From an uncultured Acidimicrobiaceae bacterium (lineage in GTDB: Bacteria; Actinomycetota; Acidimicrobiia; Acidimicrobiales; RAAP-2), in the NCBI GenBank assembly GCA_963749355.1, contig CAVVMM010000012.1, positions 154,683 to 218,682 of the forward strand: a DNA stretch of 64,000 bases, written 5' to 3'. The translations under genes and the position numbers were made by a program. Shown piece by piece: positions 9,810 to 21,867 of this stretch (the stretch's first letter is position 1; each line of letters starts with the position of its first letter). The notes under the pieces were generated by a model. The model was not told where the DNA came from. It did no database searches and worked only from the letters and a program-made list of their open reading frames with translations.

Positions 9810-11696
9810 GTGCTTGCGTACCTGGCAACAAAAGATCAATTCCTAGCAGACGCTCCGGAGATAGAAGAGCTAGTTCGCGAGGCGGTTGGTGCGCGTCTTG
9901 GCATTCACATATTGAGGACCTCGGCCGAATACCAGAGTTGGAGAAATTCGCTTGGCAATGCCATGTATCACATCATTCATGACGCGAATCTGCCTTCTAA
10001 CGCAGGCGTTGCGATTGAATATCGACTCCACGGTCGGCAACAGCGAATTGATTTCATCGTTTCCGGGATGAACGGAAGCGGCGTGTCGCAACTGGTTCTC
10101 ATTGAACTGAAACAATGGACTGAGGTCTTACCCTCGCCCCTGGACGATCACGTTCGTACCTTTCTGGGCGGCTCAGTGAGGGACGTGAGACATCCTTCAT
10201 ACCAGTCGTGGTCGTACGCTCGCTTGCTGGAGGACTTCTATTCGGTGGTGCACGATGAGCCGATCGTGGTTGCATCGTGTGCGTATTTGCATAACTGTCT
10301 AAGTGGATCCGTGCTCAAGTCTGACGCCGAGTCCGAACTGGTGGAACGCGCCCCCATTTTTCTTGGGAACGAGCGAGAGCAACTTCAGCACTTTCTGGAA
10401 GAGAGGGTTGAAATTGGTGACGACAGCGCAGTGATTCAACGAGTTGAGGAAAGCCGGATTCGGCCGTCGAAGCAACTGATCGAAGTTCTCGGTTCGATAC
10501 TCGAGGGGAATGAAGAGTTCGTACTCATTGATGAGCAAAAGACCGCCTTTGAAACCATTCGCGCAAGGGTGGGTTCCGTGGTTCCGGGCGAGCGATTGGC
10601 TCTCATCATCAAGGGCGGTCCTGGTACTGGAAAGTCTGTAATCGCTGTCAACGCGCTCGTGTCGCTCCTCACGTCTGGTTTCAATGTTCGCTACGTAACC
10701 AAGAATGCAGCGCCACGAGCCGTGTTCAAGGAGAAGCTCAAAGGTCGAAGCAGAGGTGTGGCACTTTCAAACCTCTTCTTAAGCTCTGACTCCTTTCACG
10801 GGACCGAGCCCAATTCGTACGATGTCCTTCTTGTTGATGAAGCTCACCGGCTCGTTGAGAAGTCGGGTTTCTACAAGAATCTCGGAGAGAATCAGATTGG
10901 CGAGATCGTCATGAGCAGTCCGGTTACGGTCTTCTTTGTCGACGAGAGTCAACTCGTAACGTGGCGAGACATTGGCACGGTCGAAGAGATTCGCGCCTGG
11001 TCGACGCGGCACGGCGCATCCATTGAGGAGTTTCAGCTGGAAGCGCAGTTTCGCTGCGCTGGATCGACGGAGTACCTGAACTGGCTGGATACAACGCTAG
11101 GTATAGGGGCCGGCGAGTCGTCCGACATGTCGAACTGCGAGTACGAAATCGCCATCATCGACTCACCATCGCTGCTTCGCGACATGATATTCGAACGAAA
11201 CCGGTCAACTAATCGGTCGCGACTCCTTGCCGGATACTGCTGGCAGTGGGTAAGCAGGAACGGCGGCCAGGCCCGTGATATCGAATTTCCGGGGACCGAT
11301 TTCGCCATGAGATGGAACTTGGCCTCAGATGGCTCCGGATGGCTGATCGCGCCGCACTCGGTGCGAGAGGTCGGCTGCATTCACACGTGTCAGGGTCTCG
11401 AAGGCGACTACATGGGTGTCATCGTAGGACCCGATCTTGCGGTTGCCGATGGTCGTCTTATAGGAAGGCCGGAGTTCCGCGCGAAACACGACAAATCTTT
11501 GCAGGGTTACGCGTCCGCCATGAAGAGCGGTGAGCTCGGCGTTCAAGAGAAAGCCGACCGATTGATACGTAACACATATCGCACGTTGATGACCCGAGGC
11601 ATGAGGGGAACCTTCGTCTACTGCACGGATCCCGAAGTCGCCAATTTCTTGCACGCTGCACTAAAGAACGCTGGATACGACGCCGCCAAGTATTGA
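9810..11696 (+). CDS. DUF2075-type protein: N-terminal PD-(D/E)xK/NERD-like nuclease plus SF1/Schlafen-group-3-like helicase
   Basis: EY..RID..IELKQW nuclease motif; Walker A GGPGTGKS; VDEAHRL; QFRCAG; GCIHTCQGLE; YRTLMTRG. Confidence 0.85.
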   Translation: MLAYLATKDQFLADAPEIEELVREAVGARLGIHILRTSAEYQSWRNSLGNAMYHIIHDANLPSNAGVAIEYRLHGRQQRIDFIVSGMNGSGVSQLVLIELKQWTEVLPSPLDDHVRTFLGGSVRDVRHPSYQSWSYARLLEDFYSVVHDEPIVVASCAYLHNCLSGSVLKSDAESELVERAPIFLGNEREQLQHFLEERVEIGDDSAVIQRVEESRIRPSKQLIEVLGSILEGNEEFVLIDEQKTAFETIRARVGSVVPGERLALIIKGGPGTGKSVIAVNALVSLLTSGFNVRYVTKNAAPRAVFKEKLKGRSRGVALSNLFLSSDSFHGTEPNSYDVLLVDEAHRLVEKSGFYKNLGENQIGEIVMSSPVTVFFVDESQLVTWRDIGTVEEIRAWSTRHGASIEEFQLEAQFRCAGSTEYLNWLDTTLGIGAGESSDMSNCEYEIAIIDSPSLLRDMIFERNRSTNRSRLLAGYCWQWVSRNGGQARDIEFPGTDFAMRWNLASDGSGWLIAPHSVREVGCIHTCQGLEGDYMGVIVGPDLAVADGRLIGRPEFRAKHDKSLQGYASAMKSGELGVQEKADRLIRNTYRTLMTRGMRGTFVYCTDPEVANFLHAALKNAGYDAAKY

Positions 11697-11772
11697 TTGA
11701 ACCTGGAGATCAACCCGGTCGAACAAGGCACGCTCCTCTCCCGTTGATCTAGTGCCCAATCGTCTTGGGGGG

Positions 11773-12699
11773 TCACCGAAAGACCTTCTGAAGGTGCCAT
11801 GAAAGGAACTCGGTGGAAGGTCGATTCCTCGTCGCGGTCGGCAACGTTATGATCTGCCCTTCCTTTGAATAGAACTCGTCGCCGTTCCCAAACTCAGAAC
11901 GAAGCCTCGGACTCACCATTAGCCGATACTCTTCGTCAACTCCGAGGTATCCGCGATCGAACATCGTGTGCACGTCGGATCGCAGGAGCAGTCCGTTGTC
12001 GATACGGTGTTGGCCACCTTCTGCCACGGGAAGTATGTGGGCTGCTTGGAGGGTCGGCAGAATCTGGTGGTGGGTGACGGCGCACTGGCGAGCGTAGGCC
12101 TCCTGCACGAATGCCTTGAACCCGCCTTGGCCGAGGCGCGGCGCGACCATTCGCGGAGTTCCATGGGTCGGACCCTGGTTCTCAATTGCCGGGAGTAATT
12201 GGGTGGACCAATCTTCTTGTTCAAGAACTCGTAGAGCGACGGCGTCGACGACGGCGTCTCCACCCGGGTAGAGGAACGACTTGCCCTGAACGATGTTCGT
12301 TGAAAATGACTCGGGAGCAGGCCACTGCTCGTCTTCTGGGAAGAAGAGAAGGTCGCGAAGTAGCACGCATCCAATCTCGCGATCTCCAATCTGGCCCAGA
12401 GTTTCGCCGGTGATCCTTCGAATTCGTTGTACGAGCGCCTCGGTCGACGAGACGCCGTTGCCCTCCCCGAAGAACTCCCACGCTTGGGAAATTTTCAGTG
12501 TGACGAAGCCCTCGTAAATAGCACCGCCAACGACCCGGTTCAGCGGAGCTTTAATCTTGAAAATGAAGGGATCGCCAGGTTGAAGGACTTTGAAAGGTCT
12601 TGCACCACGTGGACGCCAGAAGTTTCCCTCACGGATTGACGGGCGAGACGAAAGGTAGCTATACCATTCGAAGTCCGTCACTGCGACGTACGCCTTCAT
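11773..12699 (-). CDS. HNH endonuclease with putative PUA-superfamily N-terminal reader domain
   Basis: R.GQG.F, CAVT, AAHI.P, NGLLLRSDVHTMFDRG; N-terminal VTD..W..NFW.P...PGD.F.F. Confidence 0.85.
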   Translation of the reverse strand: MKAYVAVTDFEWYSYLSSRPSIREGNFWRPRGARPFKVLQPGDPFIFKIKAPLNRVVGGAIYEGFVTLKISQAWEFFGEGNGVSSTEALVQRIRRITGETLGQIGDREIGCVLLRDLLFFPEDEQWPAPESFSTNIVQGKSFLYPGGDAVVDAVALRVLEQEDWSTQLLPAIENQGPTHGTPRMVAPRLGQGGFKAFVQEAYARQCAVTHHQILPTLQAAHILPVAEGGQHRIDNGLLLRSDVHTMFDRGYLGVDEEYRLMVSPRLRSEFGNGDEFYSKEGQIITLPTATRNRPSTEFLSWHLQKVFR

Positions 12700-12991
12700 G
12701 CGATGAAAACTAACGCATTAGGCAGGTCGGTGGAAGTAGTCACTTAGCTTGTAACGAAGGACGAGAAGAAACCTCATGCGTGGACGCCGAAAATGGTTGT
12801 CACGCGGCGCGTCAGATGACGGGCACTACTACATGAGTTGGTACAAGGTGATCCGCCTAGGGCTTGGTAGAGAGCGTGCTCAGTTGTCCTGAGGTGAACC
12901 AGGTTCTCTCCGCGGTAATTAGAGAGCCGAGAGAGGCAGCCGACAGTCGGCTAAGAGTTTTGTCGCGGTTGTCAGCGGAGATAGTGCCTCG

Positions 12992-13927
12992 CTAATTCTT
13001 AAATATGGCGTCTCGGTGGTACTCCAGATAGACCTCCTGGCGGCGAGTGAATCCCCCGACTCCTTGGTCTAAGTGGAGCGCCCAATGCTTGATTATGTTG
13101 CTGCCGAGAGCGGCGCTTTGCAGAATCGTTCCGTTTTTTCGAAAGGATATATACCCCCGGTCAAAGAGATGGTCGACGTGGGGCGAGAGAAGTAAGCCGT
13201 TCGCTCCGTCCAAGCGCTCGATGTCGCTGGCCTGACTCCATGGCTTGACATGGCTGGCTCTTAGATGGCGTAATTCGGTTATTCCAGTTAGACGGCAACC
13301 TCGTTCGAAGTGGGCGACCTCTTTCTTGAAGAGTCCTTGTCCACGGCGAGCGAGTGAGAGGGCGCGAATTTCGGTCGGACCGATATCCGATCTGTTGCGT
13401 ATGCGCGCTTCCTCCTCGTCCTCGAACACATCGCTTAGCTCGATGTCCCGTTCAGCAAGCCCGTCGGCCTCAATCCCGCTCAAGTCCTCTTTACATGCTG
13501 CGGCGTACAGGGCACCAAGATTTTCGGGCACCGCATAGAGATATTCCATATTGGCTCGACCGGTTGTGTTAATCGGACCGTGCGTTGCCGGGCCGAACTG
13601 TCGGTATTCCTCCAACATCTCCTTTGGATCAAAAGCAGACGCAAGTTCTCGAAACTCAACATCGACCAGCCACCCGTCGTCGTTCCAGAACTGGTTAGCG
13701 AATTGGAAGTCTGGACGACTACAACTGCGTGCTCGATGCATTACAACGCCGATCGCCCGAATTGAGCTATTGAAGTATGACAACACGCAGTCACCTGGCT
13801 CGATTATCAGCATCGAGTCGTAGGCGAGGCGGTGACGCCCAACTTTGTCGAGCTTGGGAGCCCAAAGATACCCGCCGGGAATCTCATGGTCGTGTGTTTG
13901 GCCCTGGTTAACCCACCAGTAGTTCAT
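12992..13927 (-). CDS. EVE-HNH endonuclease (VcaM4I-like, candidate type IV restriction enzyme)
   Basis: N-terminus YWWVNQ..GGYLWAPK..PGD.V; C-terminus RRGQGLF, CRLTG, ASHVKPW, NGLLLSPHVDHLFDRG; start placed at ATG 13927 (311 aa). Confidence 0.8.
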   Translation of the reverse strand: MNYWWVNQGQTHDHEIPGGYLWAPKLDKVGRHRLAYDSMLIIEPGDCVLSYFNSSIRAIGVVMHRARSCSRPDFQFANQFWNDDGWLVDVEFRELASAFDPKEMLEEYRQFGPATHGPINTTGRANMEYLYAVPENLGALYAAACKEDLSGIEADGLAERDIELSDVFEDEEEARIRNRSDIGPTEIRALSLARRGQGLFKKEVAHFERGCRLTGITELRHLRASHVKPWSQASDIERLDGANGLLLSPHVDHLFDRGYISFRKNGTILQSAALGSNIIKHWALHLDQGVGGFTRRQEVYLEYHRDAIFKN

Positions 13928-14159
13928 AGCTTCATCATCTAGCGAATGCCGTGCGACGCGAAGCACCATCTTGCGGCGAAAATGCACTTATGAGTCCCAG
14001 CGTGCGGCAGTATTGCTGTCACTCGGCGGAGTTTAGAACGGGGAAGAAGTCTCCGCTGGGCGATCATCAGGAGGCTTGCAGCGGTTTGCCGTGATGAATG
14101 CAACACGGCCTATCGAGCACCGTTCCTTTCCGTGCTGCAGGTTTTCTTGCTCGTAGAAA

Positions 14160-16472
<2,313 letters not shown>

Positions 16473-16624
16473 TCAGACGTTCGCGTCTGTCACTTGACCA
16501 GGGAGTTCTTGTCGGCCCGAATTTCCATCCTGGAACCCTGGAATTCGGGTCGCCCCTTATCCGACGGCCAACGAAGGGCGCACGGTCAATTCAGTCAAAG
16601 TTGCGCGCCGCTGACCGGCGGGCC

Positions 16625-16741
16625 TCACTCGCCAAGGAGACCCTTCTTCGATTCCTTCTTCGCGTGCTTTTCGTTGCGCTTCTCTTTCAGCGATTTACCA
16701 ACCTTCTTGGCATTGTGTTGCTTCGGTGATTTATCGGCCAT
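16625..16741 (-). CDS. 38-aa Lys-rich small protein (MADKSPKQHNAKKVGKSLKEKRNEKHAKKESKKGLLGE)
   Basis: Hand translation; AGAGGAG RBS upstream of ATG; below the ORF-track length cutoff. Confidence 0.75.
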   Translation of the reverse strand: MADKSPKQHNAKKVGKSLKEKRNEKHAKKESKKGLLGE

Positions 16742-16816
16742 CGTGACTCCTCTAGCAGGCGACGTCGTTGTTGGCGGCGTAGGGATAACAATAACTCCGG
16801 GTCAAGTGAGTGATTG

Positions 16817-17653
16817 TCAGAATTCTTCGTACACAGCGGGATCTTGGCCAGCGAGACGACCATCGGAGCGAGCAAGCTTGCCGATCAGGTCAACGTCGTC
16901 TTTCGTGAGTGATATGTCGAAAATATTGAGGTTTTCTCGTTGCCTTTCAACTGAAGTTGACTTGGGCAACGGAAGTACCCCATTGTGGGCGTGCCACGCA
17001 AGGACTGCCTGCGCTGGGGTGACGCCGTGCTTGGCGGCGACACTGATGATGGTTGGGTTGGCGAGAAGGTCACTGCCCCGGCCCAACGGGCTCCACGCTT
17101 CGGTGATGATGCCGTTTTCACCGTTGTAGGCCACCAGGTCGGCTTGAGGAAAATAGGGGTGCAGTTCGATCTGGTTTACCGAAGGCAGTTCGCCGGTCTC
17201 ATGGCCGAGCCGCTCGATGTGCTCGGGCAGGAAGTTGCTGACGCCGATGTGACGCACCAGCCCCCGATTGCGTGCCTCGATGAGCGCGCCCCACGCCTCG
17301 ACGTAGAGGTCTTCGAGGGGATTTGGCCAGTGGATCAGATAGAGGTCGATGGCGTCGAGACCCATTCGCAGGACGCTTTCCTCGACGGTGGTCAGTGCGT
17401 CATGAAAGCGGTGGTCGCGCCCCGGAAGCTTTGACGTGACGATCAGCTCGTCGCGAGGTACCCCCGAGCGACGAACGGCGGCGCCCACGGCACCCTCATT
17501 TTCGTAGTTGACAGCTGAGTCGAGCAGTCGATAGCCGAGACGAATTGCTTCGGCGATGGTCTTGGCCCCGTCGTCGCCGTTGATGGAGTAGGTACCGAGG
17601 CCGATCGCGGGTAAGGAAAAGCCCGAACCGCTCTCAAGAGTGCGGACATCCAT
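16817..17653 (-). CDS. Aldo/keto reductase (2,5-DKG reductase-like)
   Basis: GYRLLDSAVNYENE, DLYLIHWP, IGVSNF, NQIELHP, AWSPLGRG. Confidence 0.93.
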   Translation of the reverse strand: MDVRTLESGSGFSLPAIGLGTYSINGDDGAKTIAEAIRLGYRLLDSAVNYENEGAVGAAVRRSGVPRDELIVTSKLPGRDHRFHDALTTVEESVLRMGLDAIDLYLIHWPNPLEDLYVEAWGALIEARNRGLVRHIGVSNFLPEHIERLGHETGELPSVNQIELHPYFPQADLVAYNGENGIITEAWSPLGRGSDLLANPTIISVAAKHGVTPAQAVLAWHAHNGVLPLPKSTSVERQRENLNIFDISLTKDDVDLIGKLARSDGRLAGQDPAVYEEF

Positions 17654-17725
17654 GGTTCCTCCCGAAGTCTTGAGCTCGGCCGAGCCTACCCTTAGCGGTT
17701 ACCGCTTCCCGCAAGCCGTTACAGC

Positions 17726-17953
17726 GTGACCGATCACTCGATGCTGAATTGGGCGTCTTCAAAGGGTGAACGCAACACCTGGTCCTTCAGCGTTGACCTG
17801 CTGACAGACGAAGGAGACTCTGCAGTCACCGGATGGACCGGTGAACAACTGCGACTCGTGAAGCGCGCGCACCATCGGAATGAGCTTGACGGCCATGAGT
17901 GGCTCATCGAGATCGGCGTATACGAACCCGTGGAGCTTTCAGCGCGGCACTAG
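17726..17953 (+). CDS. Hypothetical small protein
   Basis: 75-aa ORF filling the intergenic gap; no motif. Confidence 0.35.
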   Translation: MTDHSMLNWASSKGERNTWSFSVDLLTDEGDSAVTGWTGEQLRLVKRAHHRNELDGHEWLIEIGVYEPVELSARH

Positions 17954-18011
17954 GCTTAGATCACTGCCAGTCGAGAGGATCGTCTGACGGCTTATTAAGG
18001 TCCGGCACTTC

Positions 18012-19460
18012 ATGGAGACCAATTCTCGACGAGCGGGAAGCGTTCCCTGGCTAATTCAGGGCGGCATGGGCATCGCGATATCGAGTTGGCCCCTCGCCAG
18101 AGCCGTCTCGAGTGCAGGTCAGCTGGGCGTGGTGTCCGGGACGGCCATTGACAATGTCTTCGTTCGCCGACTTCAAGACCAGGGGATTGACGCCAGGCTG
18201 CAAGAGGCGCTCGATCGCTTTCCCCTGCGGCGCGTCGTCGACGAGGTCGTTCACAAATTCGGTGCCGCTCGGCGAAAGGCGTCGGCACCGTATCTCAGTC
18301 TCCCGGCGTTGACCCAGCGAAGCCGAGGGCGTTCCATTGACGTGATCGTTCTGGCGTCATTCATCGAAGTGACGCTCGCCAAAATGGGCCATCGCGGCAT
18401 CGTCGGCATCAATCTGCTGACCAAGGTACAAATTCCCACCGCCGCGGCGCTCTGTGGTGCGATTCTCGCCGGCGTCGATTATGTGTTGATGGGTGCGGGG
18501 GTGCCCACACATATTCCCGGTGTCCTCGAGCGGCTCGCGCTGGGTGAACCCGTCGTCCTCCCGCTCAGCGTGACGGGCGCCTCGAGCGATGATCCGGCGA
18601 CCTCGCTTCACTTCGATCCCTCGCCGTACCTACCGTCGCACCCGCTCACGCGACCAAAGTTCCTCGGAATCGTTTCGTCGCACGTGCTGGCGACGGCCCT
18701 CGCGAAGCGCAGCAACGGCCCGGTCGATGGCTTCGTCGTGGAGCGCCCGACCGCCGGCGGGCACAACGCTCCACCTCGAGGCACCTTTCCTGTTGATGAC
18801 GAAGGCAACCCCCAGTACGGCGAGCGGGACGTCGTCGACTTCGACGTGCTCGCCAATCTCGGCCTGCCGTTTTGGATCGGCGGCGGGATCACGACGGCCC
18901 AGCACGTGCGTGAGGCGCTCTCCTTAGGGGCCACTGGTGTGCAGGTCGGCACGCTCTTCGCTTACTGCAACGAGTCGGGGATGGATTCCGAGCTGCGCCG
19001 TCGGGTGCTTCACGAGGTGAAGACCGGCTCCGTGGCCGTGAAAACGTCGCTGCGCGCATCATCGACCGGTTACCCCTTCAAAGTGGCGTCGGTGAGCGGG
19101 ACGATCTCCGATCCCCTTGTCTACGAAGAGCGAGAGCGCAAGTGCGACTTGGGCTACCTCCGTGAGGCGTACGTTATGCGAAATGGCTCAATCGGCTATC
19201 GCTGCGCCGCCGAACCGGTTTCCGCTTATCTACGAAAGGGAGGATTGGCCGAAGCTACCGAGGGATCCACTTGTCTTTGCAACGGCTTGATGTCGACGTG
19301 CGGTCTGGGTCAGTTTCGCTCCGACGGGCGACAGGAGCCCCCGATCGTGACGAGCGGCGACTGCATCAATGACGTTCGCCAACTCCTCACCGACCGAGAG
19401 AGCTACAGCGCGCGCGACGTACTGGACCACCTTGACGTCGGCATCGCCGCGTCGCGTTGA
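18012..19460 (+). CDS. Nitronate monooxygenase / 2-nitropropane dioxygenase family flavoprotein
   Basis: IQGGMG, GVVSGT, MGAG.P, AGGHN, GVQVGT.F. Confidence 0.85.
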   Translation: METNSRRAGSVPWLIQGGMGIAISSWPLARAVSSAGQLGVVSGTAIDNVFVRRLQDQGIDARLQEALDRFPLRRVVDEVVHKFGAARRKASAPYLSLPALTQRSRGRSIDVIVLASFIEVTLAKMGHRGIVGINLLTKVQIPTAAALCGAILAGVDYVLMGAGVPTHIPGVLERLALGEPVVLPLSVTGASSDDPATSLHFDPSPYLPSHPLTRPKFLGIVSSHVLATALAKRSNGPVDGFVVERPTAGGHNAPPRGTFPVDDEGNPQYGERDVVDFDVLANLGLPFWIGGGITTAQHVREALSLGATGVQVGTLFAYCNESGMDSELRRRVLHEVKTGSVAVKTSLRASSTGYPFKVASVSGTISDPLVYEERERKCDLGYLREAYVMRNGSIGYRCAAEPVSAYLRKGGLAEATEGSTCLCNGLMSTCGLGQFRSDGRQEPPIVTSGDCINDVRQLLTDRESYSARDVLDHLDVGIAASR

Positions 19461-19599
19461 CACTGCTCAGCGCCGTGTTGACGAGGTTGACCAGACCGTT
19501 GCCGACGCCCTGGTACGCAGTATGCGTGACGTCGCTTAGCGTGTAGCGGGACTCTAGAGGCGCGCTCGCGTGGTCACGATCCGCGTTTAGCATTGCAGC

Positions 19600-20103
19600 G
19601 TGCCTGCTGAGAGCGGTCCCGCGGTCCAGGACTTCTACCCTGAGCACCTCGCGCTGTGCTACGGCTGCGGGCGGCTTAACGAGTGGGGCTACCGACTCAA
19701 GACGCGGTGGGACGGCGACGAAACGGTCACGCGATTTACGCCCGAGCCGTACCACACCGCGGTCCCCGGCGTTGTGTACGGCGGCCTCCTCGCGAGTCTC
19801 GTCGACTGCCACAGCACGGCGACCGCGGCGGCGGCGCTCTACCGCGCCGAGGGGCGCGAGATGGACGACGGCGGCCCGCCCCACCGATGCGTCACTGGGA
19901 CGCTGACCGTGCGCTTCGTGCGTCCGACACCGCTGGGCGTTGAACTCGAGGTTCGGGGCCGTGTGATTTCGGTTGAGGGCCGCCGTATCACCGTTACCTC
20001 GCGCCTCGTCGCCGCGGGCGAGGTGACGGTCGAGGCCGACGCGGTCGCTTTCGAGGTCCCCGAGGACTTCGGGGTGCTTCGCACGGACCGAGCAAATGAA
20101 TGA
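19600..20103 (+). CDS. PaaI-family thioesterase
   Basis: CYGCG..N..G, YGGLLASLVDCH hot-dog motif. Confidence 0.85.
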   Translation: MPAESGPAVQDFYPEHLALCYGCGRLNEWGYRLKTRWDGDETVTRFTPEPYHTAVPGVVYGGLLASLVDCHSTATAAAALYRAEGREMDDGGPPHRCVTGTLTVRFVRPTPLGVELEVRGRVISVEGRRITVTSRLVAAGEVTVEADAVAFEVPEDFGVLRTDRANE

Positions 20104-20338
20104 ATCGACTGAAGTTGGGACTGACTCATCCCTAATTGACCGTGGAAAGAAGGACTGCCGACAATTTGCGATGGTGCAGAGCCGAAGAAGCAACAGTTTG
20201 GCGACGTAGTCTTGACGCTCTTCAGACGACGAGGGTATTCGGGCCGAGTCAGCTTTTTGGTGCAGGGAACAGGAAGCCTTAGGTGTAAGAGTCAGAGCCC
20301 TCGGTAGTATCTTCTCGGAATTTGGAACGCGAAATGAG

Positions 20339-21505
20339 GTGACGGACACCGTGGATTCCAAAGATCTGGACGAAGTACTCAACGTCGTCCGAAGCTTCGT
20401 TCGAGGAACCGTCGTTCCCCTGGAGAACGAGATCGACGAAAGAGACGAGATTCCTTCGCACGTTCGTCAGACCTCAAAGGAGATGGGGCTCTTCGGATTC
20501 GCAATACCCGAGCAGTACGGGGGCCTCGGCTTGACAATGGAGGAGGAGGTCCGGCTCGTATTCGAGCTGGGGTACACCACACCCGCATTTCGTTCGATGT
20601 TCGGAACCAATAACGGAATAGCCGGACACGTGATCATCGAAGGAGGTTCGGAGGAGCAGAAACTGGACTGGCTCTCGCGCATCGCGTCCGGGGAAGTTAC
20701 TGCAGCGTTTGCGCTTACCGAAGCGGAAGCAGGTTCGGACCCCTCCGGGATGCTGACGACGGCTCGCCGCGAGGGCGATGTCTGGGTTCTGAATGGTGTC
20801 AAGCGCTACATCACCAACGCGCCCTTGGCTGACGTCTTTATGGTCTTTGCCAGAACGGCTGAAGCGTCGCACCCTACGCGGTCTATCTCCACCTTTCTTG
20901 TTCCGAGAGGTACGCCCGGCCTCAGCGTTGGGCCTCGCGACAAGAAAATGGGTCAGTTCGGCGCCTGGACTGCGGAGGTCGTTCTCGATGAAGTGAAGGT
21001 GTCGCCCGATTTACTGGTCGGCGGCGCCGCGGGGCTAAATGGTGGGTGGCTGACGGCCATGCGCTGCTTGGCTCATGGACGTATTCACATTGCCGCACTG
21101 TGCGTGGGGATGGCGCAACGCCTCGTCGATGAGTCCGTCGAGTACGCCTGCAATCGAATGCAGTCCGGGAGACCGATCGCTACCTTCCAGCTCGTCCAAG
21201 GACTAGTTGCGGACTCGGTGACGGATCTCTACGCCGGGCGAAGCATCGTGCTGGAAGTGGCTCGAGCCTTTGACAGTGGCGAGGACCGAAAAGTAGGCCC
21301 CGCAGCGGCTAAGTATTTCTGCAGTGAAATGGTGGGCCGGGTCGCGGACCGAGCGGTGCAGATTCATGGCGGGGCCGGTTACATGCGTGGCGTGGCGGTG
21401 GAGCGGTTCTACCGGGACGCCCGATTGTTTCGCATCTACGAGGGAACCAGCCAGATTCAGCAACTCATCATCGCCCGGAACGTGCTCGGAGAGGCCTCCG
21501 GCTGA
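20339..21505 (+). CDS. Acyl-CoA dehydrogenase
   Basis: FALTEAEAGSD, NGVKRYITN, QIHGGAGY, RIYEGTSQIQ. Confidence 0.93.
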   Translation: MTDTVDSKDLDEVLNVVRSFVRGTVVPLENEIDERDEIPSHVRQTSKEMGLFGFAIPEQYGGLGLTMEEEVRLVFELGYTTPAFRSMFGTNNGIAGHVIIEGGSEEQKLDWLSRIASGEVTAAFALTEAEAGSDPSGMLTTARREGDVWVLNGVKRYITNAPLADVFMVFARTAEASHPTRSISTFLVPRGTPGLSVGPRDKKMGQFGAWTAEVVLDEVKVSPDLLVGGAAGLNGGWLTAMRCLAHGRIHIAALCVGMAQRLVDESVEYACNRMQSGRPIATFQLVQGLVADSVTDLYAGRSIVLEVARAFDSGEDRKVGPAAAKYFCSEMVGRVADRAVQIHGGAGYMRGVAVERFYRDARLFRIYEGTSQIQQLIIARNVLGEASG

Positions 21506-21867
21506 CCCCTTGAGGCCGCCGCGGCAAGCCGCCTAGGCCAATTCCCCGCGTCGTTATCCTTGAGAATTTTGGGAAGTCCGCATTCGGGCTTCAGCAAAAT
21601 GCGACGCCTTTGTCGGTGTTTTCGCGATGGTCGAGTCTGGCCCTCTAAGCATCGGCAAAGATCGGATCCGCCCCTATTCCCTATAGGAAGTAGTTTATGA
21701 GTGAACGCGGTGTGATTGTCGTAAGAGGGGGGATCGGTGGGCAGACGAAGGCCGGAAAGGTACCCTGAGGCGCAGATTTATCAGCGGCGCTCCGCGACCC
21801 ATACCAAGGAATCGCTTGCTCGCGTGCGAATGACTCCGGGACACGTTGGCGAGACGGGAGCCAGTTC

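Noticed and set aside
9658-9982. Small ORFs upstream of DUF2075 as a partner or antitoxin
   Set aside because: They overlap the DUF2075 start, lack an RBS or motifs, and the region has its own -10 for a leaderless start.
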